64,000 bases of DNA, taken from positions 620,001 to 684,000 of the forward strand of contig JAIVFI010000003.1 of the NCBI GenBank assembly GCA_025558095.1, read 5' to 3'. Under the pieces are notes generated by a model that did not search any database, was not told the DNA's origin, and saw only the letters and a list, made by a program, of their open reading frames with translations. The first letter of the stretch is position 1, and each line of letters starts with the position of its first letter. The position numbers were made by a program, and so were the translations under genes. The DNA comes from Hyaloraphidium curvatum SAG 235-1 (lineage: Eukaryota; Fungi; Monoblepharomycota). Shown one piece after another: positions 1 to 12,100 of the stretch.

Positions 1-734
1 TCTCGACCCATTCGGACACTTTGGTGATAAACTCCAGGTCGAACTCGTGGTCCGTGTACCACGTTCCGCCGGATACTTCCTCCGAAGGATCCAGCTCGAA
101 AAGCATGTACACCTTCTTGATGGGATTCTGGGCACGAGAGCGGTCAGAGCTTGCGACCAACGGAACAATCCACTCAAGGCCACCTTGACGGATTTCACGC
201 TCTTGATGAACTGCTTCTTTTCCAGGCTCTTTATGGCATCCTGTACGATCTTGGAGTGGATATTGGACTTCTGCTTCAGGTCCTTGACCCAGATGCCCTT
301 GTTTCCGGCGTTCTTGATGTGCCCGTAGATCATCTTCTCGTGCACGTCCATGGTGACCAGTCTACGACGTCGAAATGAGCTCCAGAAGCCGATGCAGCCG
401 AACGGTTGCCCCACTTGGCCACCTCTTCCTGGCTCTTGGCCTTGAAGGTGACGTTACCGCCACTCCCGGCCCCCCCGACGGCATCTATCCGCGATTTGTG
501 GAGCAGGCTATTCAGAATGGCCCCCAACTGCTTGATGTTCCTGTCCGGTAGCCGCTCAAGGATGGCATCGGAACCGATGGCCTGCGGTGGAGCAATTGGT
601 CCTCCGCGTCGCTCCAAGCGCCCGAGGGACCCCACGTGGCCGTACTGAAGCAAGATACTGTAGACCCGTTCCTCATCGTGGGTCAGAGAGAGCTCTGCCG
701 GCTCTGGCTTCGCCGGCTTCGCCGAGTCCGTCAT
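1..734 (-). CDS. RPC34: RNA polymerase III subunit RPC34/RPC6 (3' part runs off the window start; spliced)
   Basis: Spliced minus-strand translation gives EKMIYGHIKNAGNKGIWVKDLKQKSNIH..AIKSLEKKQFIKSVKSVK and NPIKKVYMLFELDPSEEVSGGTWYTDHEFDLEFI, the winged-helix and 'P S E/GG W D E D EF' motifs of RPC34. ATG at 734. Confidence 0.93.
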
Positions 735-790
735 TGTTGAATTGGTCTCTCAAAACGGCGTCGCGAGGCGCCAACCCTCACAACGCGACC

Positions 791-2523
791 ATGAGCAAGG
801 CCAGCACGCGCCAATGGCAGTCCGTGAAATACTCCAGATGTCGGGACGGCGGCACTTGGGTGCATCTGGAGCAGGAGATCGGCGTTCGTTTGGACGGAAG
901 GCAGCTGTTGGTGGAAACGGACAAGGACGGAGGAAACCTCGAAAACCTGGCCCTGGATGCCAAGTCTCTCGGCAAATCCCAGCTAAAGGGTCTGCGAAAA
1001 GGCGCTGCGATCGGCTTTAGGTACGAAGAGAAGGTTCGGCGAGCACACGGTGGCGATCGGGACGCGCGGCGACGTGATCTTCCCACCGCAGGACAAGACG
1101 CGGAAGTTCCAGCTCAAGTTCTCTACCGAAACTTTTGCTACCGCCTTTCAAAGTGCCGTCGGTCAGTTCGTATCCATTCGGGACATAGCGGAGCAGCAGG
1201 ACGGCCAGCGGCAGAACGGACCAAGCGCGGAGAAGAAGCCCGAGGCGACGCAAAAGGCCGAGCAGAACGGCAAGGCGCCGCCGCAGGCTATCCGCCAGAG
1301 CTCTCTTCGAGCCGGATCTGCGTACATGTCGCTCGCACAGCCCTCGTTCGTGTTGTCGCAGCCGTTTCAAAGCGCATTCGTCCCTGCCTGCCAGCCCACA
1401 GCAAGCCACCCGCAAGACGACAGCCGATCTGACAGCGTTGGAAGCACCAGATTCTCCCAATCGCAGATTCAGCACATGCCGTCGCCGGTCGCTGGCCAAG
1501 CTTTGCCCATGATTCTGGGCCAGACCCCGACGGAGCAGCCGTGGTCGCAGCCGATCTACTTCAATGCTCCTCAGAATGTCGAGTACATGTCCCAGCAGCC
1601 CCAGATGGTCCTGGTGCCCTCGAGCCCAGCTCTCCATCACGACAACAAGATCGTGACGACACCCGTGCGATCGACGCCCATGCATGGCCACATGATGCAA
1701 GGAGGGCAGATCTTCCAAACACCAACCTCGGCGTACCGCGTCGGGAACGAAGTCTTCTTTGCGTCGCAGGCGTCGCCACTGTTGCAGCGCACGGGGCCCC
1801 CGCTCGTCATGCAACATCCGAGTCCTTTGGTTGCATCACAGGCGGTGCAGGATGGCATGTCTCAAGCGCAGGACTCTGGCCCCTCGCAGCTGGCCGCGGA
1901 TGCGGCGATACCGATGAGCCAGAAGAGACACATCGAAGACGACCCAATGAAGGCCGCACTGCCCGGCGAACCGATCTCAGAGAGCGCACGGAAACGGCCC
2001 CGAACTGATGCTGGCCAACGGCCTGCACCGCAACCCGTTCAGCAAAATGCCGGTGACAAGGACCTCGGCCTCGAGAAATCTGCTGAACAGTCCGATGCTC
2101 GAGTTTCTACGGACACGCAGACCGGGGGAGGCAGCGGAGCTTCTGCGCAAGCAGTTCTCACCGGTCCCGGAATTGGAGTCGAAGGCGACCTCCTTTCGGC
2201 GTTCCAAAGCATAGCCAACGTGATTGGTCGCCAGAATCAAGTGCCCAAGCCCGAGACCGCTGAGGAAGAGCTTGCACGGTATGCCAAATGCGTAAGCCGC
2301 ATCATGTTGCACTGTTGTTGGCCTCGTAACACCGACGAAATTGCCCCAGACCGACGAAGAAATGTGCGAGCTAATCAAAACGACGCTCAAAGAGCCAGGC
2401 TTCGTTAGCTTTTGCGAGCGGCTCGAAGGCTTGGTGAGTAACGCAACATTTTGCGCCCATTGCCAGGAAGCTGATGAAGTGCTTGCACAGTGGCTGGGAC
2501 GGCTCATGGCGGAGTTCTTCTAA
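791..2523 (+). CDS. REC114: REC114/Rec7-like meiotic double-strand-break protein (spliced)
   Basis: N-terminal PH-like region (WQSVKYSR...LKGLRKGAAIGFRYEEK/QDKTRKFQLKFS) resembles the REC114 signature motifs. It is followed by a long S/Q/P-rich disordered linker and the C-terminal motif TDEEMCELIKTTLKEPGFVSFCERLEGLW, which resembles the REC114 'L..cL.D..F..fvE.ve..l' motif. Confidence 0.72.
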
Positions 2524-2619
2524 AGCGGCGGAGATATTGGAGTCATTGTACACCGCCAGTCCAGGGTAAAAGGGTATCAGAACACGTCTCTCATGAAGCA
2601 TCTGCCGATCCATGTGCTT

Positions 2620-3824
2620 TCAGTTGTTGAACTTGACGCTGTACGATCCTGTTGCGGGATCCTGGACCATTTGGAAGTTGTCTGTAGACAGACCAAACCG
2701 TCCCAAGATACTGTTTCCGAGCTCCTTCAGCTTGCCTGCGCAACTGTCAGTTCGGTCTCACGAAGCGGGCGCGTAACTCACCGATCATTTCGTCCTTTTC
2801 GTTATCAGCCTTGGCTCTGATGCGGGCAGGCAAAGTCAACACCGCGTTTCTAGCCTCTTTGTTCAGCGGCTCCAACGCCACCAGCTTCTTGTAGTCTGTC
2901 CAACGTCTCGTCAGCTTGAGCCACGAGGCACCATGGGGAAGTTGCCCACCTTCCAAAGCTTCTGACAGCGCGGTAGAGGTATCCAGTTTCTCGTTCGCGA
3001 ATGCACGCCTTTGCAGCGCTTTGACGTAATCCGGCTTCTCTTCAAGAGCTGGGAAGGCAATCAGAGGCGTCAACAATCGAAACGCAAATCACCCACCTCT
3101 CGAGCAATTCAAGACGGCCTTCTGCCAGTCAGACAACTTGACATAGCATGCTGCTTTGTTCGAGAAGTAAATCGCCCGCTCCTCCTTGAACGTGTCTGGG
3201 CAGACCCGCAAGGCCTCGTCGTAGGAGTGAATCGCTTCCTGGAACAGTCCCCGCCCAAAGAGGTCGTTGCCCTCCCCCTTGAACGAACGAGACTCCTCGA
3301 GTAGACGCTTGATCGATCTTCAGTCCTGCTGTCCCGACGCGGCCGAAGCACGTGCCCACCTCCATCTCCGCCGGGCTGACAATGCTCTCGATCGTCTCGT
3401 CCTCCTCTTCACCAGCACCACCAACACCCGCATCCGATGCCTCATCGTCCTCAGATTCGACGATTCGGACGGAACCCTCCGCGTCCGACTCTTCTGCCGG
3501 GGCTTTGGCCCGAGCAGGCGCAGGCGGGGCCTTCGGAACCTCTGGTCGGTCCAGACGCGTCGCGATCATGTCCGGGGGCGTGCTCCGGCCTCCAGGATTG
3601 ACATCGTCAAAGATCTTGGCGAAAGTCTCCTCGACGCCGCTGGGAAACGTCGTTGGCGGCAGGTGGTCGAACTTCCGGTAAAACGCGTTGCGGTCAAAGC
3701 CGACCCCCGGAACAGGCCCCGGACGCGGCGGAACGTCGACGTTTTCGTGTTCGTCCGCCGAATAGAACTCTTCTTCTCCGTCATCGGACGTCGCAGGGTC
3801 GTCCGGACGGGAGTCGAGTGCCAT
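2620..3824 (-). CDS. TTC1: Tetratricopeptide repeat protein 1 (TTC1-like; spliced)
   Basis: Acidic N-terminus; TPRs [33 protein letters not shown] and [17 protein letters not shown]; characteristic C-terminus [36 protein letters not shown]. Confidence 0.9.
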
Positions 3825-3932
3825 TGTTGTCCGGCGTGATCGAACTGCGCTCGCGCGAGCCCGCGTTCCGGACCGAAATGGACCAGCCTCCATGCAGATC
3901 GGCACCACATTCAATTTATGTACACCAGAAGA

Positions 3933-4547
3933 TCATCGGCTGTAGCTCCAGGAGTTCTTCAGGTCTGGCGTCCCGGGCCACGTTAGCATGCCGACGCCTC
4001 CGAACAAGCGACGCAACCCACATCCGTCCTTCGTCGCCAACCGGTCCAAGCTGTCGTTCGACTCGCCCTGAGCCCGCACGAAACCCGAGAACGCGTACGT
4101 GGTGAAGGTGCCAGTCAGCCGGCCCGTCGCGTCCACGTCGCCGACGTTGATCTGGACCGAGGCGTGGTCCTTCGCGGGAATGAGCCGACCAGTGGCGGAG
4201 CTGCAGCAAAGGAACAAGGAAGGCCATTAAGTCCCTGTCCAGAACACACCGACCCGGTCCCCCGGTAACCCAAGTGGAGACCGATCCAGTGAAAAGGTTC
4301 CGCAGGCTGCGCAAGTTCCCTGGCCACTCAAGGCGACACAGCCGACCTCTGCCCACACGAAAAGCTCCATCGTCTCGCTCCAACAGACCCGAGTCCCGGT
4401 CAGAGGAGGCAGAGGATCCTGCGTGCCAATGCCATTGCCCCAAGCTCAACCGCCCGCCGAGCCTAGCACGCCCGCCCGAGTGCCTCGTGATACTCACCAT
4501 TTCCGGGGGATGTACAGGTCAACAATCTGGCCCTTGTCGTTCTCCAT
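3933..4547 (-). CDS. RPS21: 40S ribosomal protein S21 (eS21; spliced, 297-nt first intron 4201-4497)
   Basis: [16 protein letters not shown]|[24 protein letters not shown]...[21 protein letters not shown]|LKNSWSYSR. Confidence 0.97.
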
Positions 4548-4886
4548 CGTTGGTAAGATGCTGCTGGGAGGTTCTCCGTTAGCCCTGGTCCGTTCCCGAA
4601 GTCCCCAGAGTCAGCCTCTGCCCCGTTCCACCGCCCAAGGCGGCGTCGCGGAGCTCCAGCGGCAGAAGACCGCAGAGACTGGCCTCCGTGTTGGCTCGGA
4701 GCCCAGTCGGCCGCAGATGCGACAAGTCCTCGAGGCGACCAGAGAGCACCCTTCCAGCTCGGCGGACCGCCGCGGCCACTGCCAATCGCGGGCCGCCAAA
4801 GGCATCACGTCCACCTCGATGCTCAAGACCAAGCCTACGATACGCACTGAGAAAGGACGCCGGAGGAGTGTGGAGTGGCCGGAGAC

Positions 4887-4925
4887 TTTCCGAAACACTG
4901 CTTGTTGACCGCAAGGTTTCGGAAA
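4887..4925. repeat. Perfect 10-bp inverted repeat (hairpin) near the left end of the transposon
   Basis: TTTCCGAAAC (4887-4896) and GTTTCGGAAA (4916-4925), with an inner CTTG/CAAG pairing. Confidence 0.7.
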
Positions 4926-5093
4926 AGGGCTTACCTAATGTCCGCAGGACCATCCCTCGTTTCACACACAGGTCCCGCTACTCGAGCTTGCCGGAGTCGC
5001 CGCGTGCGAATTTGCAACCGCTAGAGCACAGTCTCCATCGCAAAAGGCGCGTGGTGCCTCCTGCGTCGCATCGGGGAACGGCACGGCCGAAAC

Positions 5094-6110
5094 ATGCTTC
5101 TGAGCGGGCCAGAAACCGCGGTTCGGCTCAAGCAGACCGGCAAGCTTGGCCCGGACGAGATTGCTGCTGTACTCGCAATTCACCGAACGACGTATTTCCG
5201 TTGGATCCGCCGATGTGGGGCTCAGACCGTTCCGGACCATCCCCGCAAGGCCTTCCGCAAGGTGTCCGAGGAAATGGTCCGGCACGTAGTTGACGAGGCC
5301 AAAGCTCGCGTCCGCGTGACGCAAAGGGAGCTCGCTGCTGACCTGGCGGAAAAGTTTGGCGTTTTGGTGTCGCAGCAGCATATCTCGCGGCTGCTGAAGG
5401 CCAACAGGGTCACGAGGAAGAAGCTCACCATTAAGAGCGCCGAAGCCCTGAAACAACCCGAGCGGCACCGCATGTTCCACGAGAGGGTCACTTCCTTTGA
5501 TTTGGGGCGCCTAGGTGCCTTGGACGAGTCCTCATTCCAACTCAACGATCCGGGGCGCTTCGGCTACTCGGAGAAGGGGACTCCCGCCGTCGTATACCTG
5601 CCAGGGAACCGGGGCCCCAAGGTGACCCTTTGCCTCGCCATCTCACCCACTCCGCGACCCGGTAATCACACTGGAAACGTGATCTCGTACCAGATCTACA
5701 GCGGCAACATGAACACCGAGAGGTTCTGTGCTTTTCTCAAGACTATTCGCGCCGGGGCTTGTGGGTCCGAGTCCCTGGGCGTTATCCTGGACAATGCGGG
5801 TTTCCACGGCTCTCCTCTGCGGGCAAGGAAGACCACGGACGGCACGGCAATAATAAAGAACCTCTCGGGCAAGTCGTTCCTTGCGGTCCAGGCCGTAGCA
5901 AAGGCCAACAATCTGAGCCTCATCTACCTGCGACCGAGATCGCCGGAATTTAACCCGACCGAGTACGTGTTTGCCACGATCAAGAACCTCGTGAGGCGGG
6001 ACTGCCCCAGGACGGTGCCGGATCTCGTCCGGTCCATCGAGAGGGCCATTCAAATCGTCGGCCACGGCGATCTGATGGCGACGTTCCGGCACTGCTTGAA
6101 GCTAAGCGAG
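5094..6110 (+). CDS. IS630/Tc1-mariner family DDE transposase domain (HTH + DDE_3)
   Basis: HTH (EIAAVLAIHRTTYFRWIRR), second HTH (TQRELAADLAEKFGVLVSQQHISRLLK..TRKK), catalytic LDESSF (D at 5523), VILDNAGFH (D at 5790), and YLRPRSPEFNPTEYVFATIK (E at 5961). Confidence 0.95.
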
Positions 6111-9100
6111 GCTGAGTTTGTGCGCATCGCGGAATCCGCGTCCGCCGGCAAATGTGTGGCGCGGAAGGTCACACTACAAGGTCAGATCTCTGCCTTTGCT
6201 TCTCCGGCTCCTCAGACGTGCCCTTCCGCGATGGAGGGCGCAGCAGCGACCCAGACCGAAGCAAACGCGGCCGAGCGGCTCGCTGAAGAGGTGGACTGCC
6301 ATGACGGTTGCGCATCGGGCATGCAGACCGCGCTGACTCACGACAACGCCCACTCCGAGCAGGCTCGCAACCTCGGCGTCGCCCACATCAACCCGCACCA
6401 AAAGCACACTTTGCTGACCCTGAGGGAAGTTCTCCACGTCGATGGTTCGGCGAGGGAATTCTTTGGGCCGTGGAACGACTTCACGGACTCCGCTCAAAGG
6501 ACCGCGGGCTTCGACGCTGCGGACGTCCTCGGGGGCCTCTCCAACCTCGGTGAAGCTCCTTTTGAGTTCATCTGTCAGCGGGTGGCATCGGGTCGGGGGT
6601 ACAAGCTGGAGCGCGAGCTTTTCGTCGCGCGCCTCCGGAACATCGTCGCCCGGCGGTGCCGGGTCGCCCCCAGTCTGATCGGACCAGACGCACCGGCACC
6701 CCCCTTTTTCCGCCCCGCGGACGATGGCGCGGATCTGGGACCGCCGTCAGCCCCCGACGTCTCCATCTCCCAGCTGGATAACCTCGCCCGCTATGCCGAC
6801 GTCCCACCGGAACTTAACGTCTCGTTCAAGAAAGCCAGCCGCGCCGCGTTGAAACAGCTGTTTCCGCTCTCAGCCCTTGCAAACGACACCGTGCTGGACG
6901 AGAGGTTCGCCATCCTCCTATCGGGCCTTGTACGAAACGGTCGTGGACCAGAATGGCTACGTGCGCTCGCTGTTTCTCTCTGGGGACAGCTCGGCCCGGC
7001 CGGGAGGGCACGCATGGACAGCTTCGAAACATCCGAGACAGCACGTCGTGCTCTGCATTATGTTCACCAGCCCATTTCGAAGGTCTGTCGGTTGGAGTAC
7101 CTCGAACGCGCGGCTTCGACCGAGTCTCTGCCAAGGAACCTTAGGCAGATACTGGAGGAAGCGTGCCGCACGCTGAAGGACCAGCAGGGCCGCTCGCTTT
7201 TTGATGCGTCGCCCGGCCTGGAGTACTTCCTTGCTTCGCTCTCCCTCCCGCAGCGATGCAAGATAGTCATGGCGGCGCGTTTGCCGGATAGTGTGGCGAG
7301 TCGCAATGCGGAAGGGTGCAAGAGATTCTTCGATTGGGCGGTGTGGAACCCGATGGCGGCCAACGAGGAGGCCCTCGCCATCGAGAATCCGGGTTCCGTT
7401 CCCGTGCTGGTGTGCAATCTCCTGTCGAGCAGCCCCGCAATCCCAAACTGATTTTTGCCCCGGCAGCTGCTTTCGTTCCCGGGCCTTTTCCAGATGAGCC
7501 CGGGCGTACCTGGACTGGATGCAGAGGGCGATAAGCTGCTGGCAACCCTGTTCCTGAAGGCGGAGCAGCTCGGGTGGGAACACTCTTCCATGGTGACGCT
7601 GCGGCTGCTGGAGTCGGGGCCCAAGATGCGCGATTTTACCCTGGACTTGTGCGGTATGCCCGCGCTGGTGCGCGGTAGCAACCCCGAAGCACGGCAGGAG
7701 GCCGCGCGCACCGCGCTCGACGCCAAGCTCCACTTCCTCGCGGAATCCGTTGGACTGCTGGACTTCGGCCGTATCCAGAAGCGGGATTGTCCGCTCTGTT
7801 CCTTCAGTGTGCAGGTGGAAGGCGAAGTCCCGGCGAAGGCTGGGCGGCGGCGCAAGGTCGCGGCGTCGGGGATGGTGGCTGACGGAGCTGCGCGGGAGCG
7901 TGTCTATGACGCCGAGCTTCGGCTCCTCCACCACGTCAAGGGTGCGCACCTCACCTGCAGAGCGTGCCCGGGGAAGGGACATCAGTTCGACCTCGAGAGT
8001 GAGTTCCGGCAGCATGTCGAGGAGAACCACCGTGGGGCGTGAGTTGCACCGCGCTTTCCATGCATGCCTGGGACCGATGCGAAGCTGACCGCCGCCGCGG
8101 ACAGTTTGGTCGCCCCAAGGAATCTCACCACGTCGTTCGGCCAGTTCATTGCCAACGCACACTACATTGTCCCGTTCGCGTCGACAAACCTCAAAGCCAA
8201 CATTCCTACGGGCCTCGGCGGCTCGTCCTGCCCTTTCTGTTTCGCCGGTGGCGGGAGGCACCGGCAGGAGTGCTCTCCGAAGCGGCGGTGGGTCGCGCTC
8301 AACGGCTTCCTCGCACTTGGCGACCCCCAGCACGAGCGATACAAGACGATGACGGAGCTGGCCGTCGAGTGGTTCCCGGCGGCCGAGGTGTGCCACCCAT
8401 GGGCGCGGGGCCCGTACGAGCAAGTCGGGCCCCTCATCACCAAGGCCTGCACCCTCGCCGCCATCTTATTCAAGATCATCTGGACCAAGATCTTGTTGCA
8501 GATCCACAACAAAGAGCTCCCGGACCAAGACGGATCCGTCACGCAGGACATGCTCGCCAGCTTTCCCCCGTCTTACGTCGCAAAGATTGCCATCCACGCC
8601 GTGCTTGGTGCCGGCCAGATGTCCGCCGCTGTTGGAACCCGCCGCGCGGGAAAGCAGAAGTCGGCCGGGCTCGGTGCTGGGGCGAGATACTCGGGCCATT
8701 CGGGGGCGCCAGGAGTGGAGCAGCTTGTGGACGGCGGTCCGGACCTCGGAGCCAACGACGACGATCGAGACGAGGTGCTCGAGGACGTTGACTTCGAGGA
8801 CGATGACGACGCGATGGCCGAGGACCAGACCGGCGCCAAGATCTTGGCCGACTTCTTGCACGGCGAGCTGGATCAGATTGAGGACGAGGACTTGGTTACG
8901 GCTGAGGACACCCCCGATCTCTCGCAGGTTGCTGATCAGGGCGCACCGTCCGTTCTCACCGTCGCGGAGCACAACGCAGCGGCAAAGCTTGTCCGCAAGG
9001 CGGCCGTTGCTGCGTTTGCAGAGGCGCGGGAACTTGTGGGCGAGACGTACGACAAGCTCAGGCCGCTTTTCGTGCAGGGACCTTTGCTCCGCTATGCCGA

Positions 9101-12100
9101 GCAGGTCGCTTTCAACCGAGCTCGAAGCGTGCCGCAGCGGCTGCTGACTGCGCTCAAGGTTCTCATCCGTCGCTTCCTACGCGGGGAGGTGAACGCGGGC
9201 GTCGGCCGGAGGCGGATTGGCCCAATCCTCAGCTACGCTCTGGCAAAGCTCGGATATGGGGACGACGACTTCTCCAATTTCCCGTTCGAAAGCGCATTTG
9301 GCTGTGGTCTCGCCGAGGCCACGGAGCTCAGGGTCGGGCTGGGGAGGCTCCTCCGGCCGTTCAGAGGCTTGCAGCTGAACCGGATCGTTGACCTCCGGGA
9401 TTCAAAACAGAAGCCGCCGGTGCCGGCAACCGTTTCGCAGCGGAGGGTTATCGCTCGGGTCCTGCAGGACAAGCAGGCGGGCAACCCCGTGGCGGCCGCG
9501 GTGCGAACCGTGAACCTGCCGAAGGGCAAGCCGCGCGGAAAGGTCGACGCGGAAACGGAGGCGGTGCGCAGCTACCTCCAGAACATTTGGGAGACGCTGC
9601 CGCGGGCCTCACCTGCGGAGAAGGCTGACTTGCGAAAGGTGGAGCTGCAGGAGCTGAGGGACTGGGTGGTTGCAAACCGTCTACAGCTTCGGAGCATCCC
9701 CTTCCGCTACCCGGCCGTGACCACGGCAACGATTCGGTCGACAGAGCAGAAACCCAAGTTCTGGGTCCCCGAGCACGCCGAGGACATGAACGAGGCGGCG
9801 GCGGCGGCATTGGTGGGGCAGAACCGGCCCCACTGGGAAAGCGAGAAGCTTCTGGTGGCGCGGATGAGCGAGTATGACCTCGACAAGTGTCGTTCATCCA
9901 CGAACCCCGCGGACGAAGCCTTCGGCTTCCAGATGTGCTTCATCGCCCTGCACGAGCTCGAAAAGCAGGACGAGGCGCTGAAGAAGAGGGCCGCGTCCGC
10001 GGCTGCTGCACTGCCGAAACCTGGAACGGCGCGGAGGACGAGCACCGCCAGGGACCCCGATTCAACCCCAACTTTCCCAACCATTTCAACTGCTCCGGTC
10101 AAGGACAGGGAGGCTTCGAACAAGACCAGGAGGGCCCGCAACACGTGGCGGCCGCACCGCGTCGAGAAGCGGCATTACAGCAAGAATGGCTCCCCGAAGC
10201 GATGGCACGGGTTCGTCGTGAGCTTCCGTAAGCGCCGACCGCAGCCGGGGCCCGAGGGACTCGCCAAGAAGGAGACCATGGAGACGAAGCGGCGGGAGCG
10301 CAAGGCGGCCGCCGCCGCCGCGATGGCGGGGCTTGGCGCCGCCCAGACCGGCAAGGAAAAGGCAGCCTCGTGGGCGCGGCGGAAGCTTCGGGCTGCGGTC
10401 GCCGAAATCAGCTTGTCCCCCGTGACCGTCTACATCTCGGCCTCGGATCTGCCCGAGTTTTTGTCCAAGCTGGGCGTGGAGGTCGCGCCTGGCATCGACA
10501 CCTCGCGCGTTGACTCGGACTACCTATTCGGCCACCTGCTCAACGGCGGCAACCAACTCGTCAACGAGGACCGGCTCTTCCGCCTCCGTCAGCAGGGCAA
10601 AGTCTCGGCCAGGGGCCATGCCGCCGCCACGCAGCCCATCTATCGTCGCACCGCGGACGTTCTGAGGTACTCCGGCGTCCGGGGCATCTATCATTGCGGC
10701 AGCACCCTGGGCATTCTTAACGAAGAAGTCTCCTTCGTGGAAAAGGTCTCGTTCCAGCAGTCGCAGCAGCAGGAGCGGCAAAACACGACACAGGACGTCG
10801 AGCCGCCAAAGCGCGCAGCGCATTCGCCAGCAGCCGCGCCGGCTCCTCCTGTTCAAACTCGGCCCACCGTCTCCGTTCCCGCCGCAGCTCATGTGCCCGC
10901 CGGTCTTGCTGCTTTCGAAGTGGATGTTTCGTTCCCTCGCGATGTTCCGATGGATCCCTACCCGCCGCTCTACACCGGTCCATGGCTGCCAAACGGCGAT
11001 CCGGACCCGCCGTGCGACATGGCTGTCTTCGATGGTGGGCATTTTGCTCAGTGACGCACGGGTTCGGAGGCTGATCGGATCCTCACTTTTCCAGGCCAGA
11101 ATCGGATTTGGCATGGGGGCATGGTCTACTACCTGCAGGCGACGGCCCAAGGGGACGAATCGGTCCCGATGGATTGGGAGCCCTCTTATTGTGCCAGCAG
11201 CAACCTTAACTTCACCACCATGCCTTCCGAGCCTCCGGCGGACTGCGGCATCCCCGCCGCGGTCCCGCCGGAACCCCCGCCCTTTAACTCCTTCGTCGAA
11301 CCACCAGCCTCGACTTCTCTCCCTGCCTCCATTCCCCCGGAACCGCCCCCGCATTGGGTGCACGACCCGTGCTCGTGCTGTCAAGATGCCGCCTGCAAGG
11401 CCGTGGACTGTGCGCCCAACGTGTTCGCGCCCCTGAGCTCGGGGCACAACGACCCTCCCTGCGCGACTGTCTCGCCCGGTGACTCGGTGCCCGAGACTTC
11501 TGTGCATCCATGCGCGGCCCTTCCTTTCCCCGACTTCTCGCCGCCACTTCCTTCCCCCTTCCTTTCTTGCTTCCCTCCCGAAGTCGTCGTTTGCGCGGTC
11601 GAACCGTCGCCGCCGACGGTAACGGTCGAGGGCAAGTTCGCTGCCCCCGTACCTCCTCAGCTGGCCCCGACCCCGGTTCCGCTCCCGCCGCGTTCTGCCG
11701 AGCCGTTGCCGCGGCCCCCGGTCGACTTCAAGACTGGCATTCCCGTCTACTACCTCAGCCGCCCTGACCATGTGTCCGTGCTGGCACCCAATCTCCTGCA
11801 CATGCCGACGCAGGCGGAAATGTTCGAGCGGGCCGAGCGCGGCGAGCCAGTGGAGGGCGGGGTCGTCGACGTGGATCCGAATCGCTGGTTTCTGGCTGTT
11901 GCCAACCGCCGCGTCGACGTGCGGCTCGTTGCCAAGAGCCTGAACCCCGGGCCGAACGGACGCTACGACTTCGCCAACAGTCATCTGCCGGGGACAACGG
12001 AGCGCATCACCGTGACCAATGCCGACGGCACCAAGTCGCACTACGTGCCGAAGCGGGCGAACCCGTCCAAGGCCGACGGTTCCGTCAGCTTCGGGAGGAT

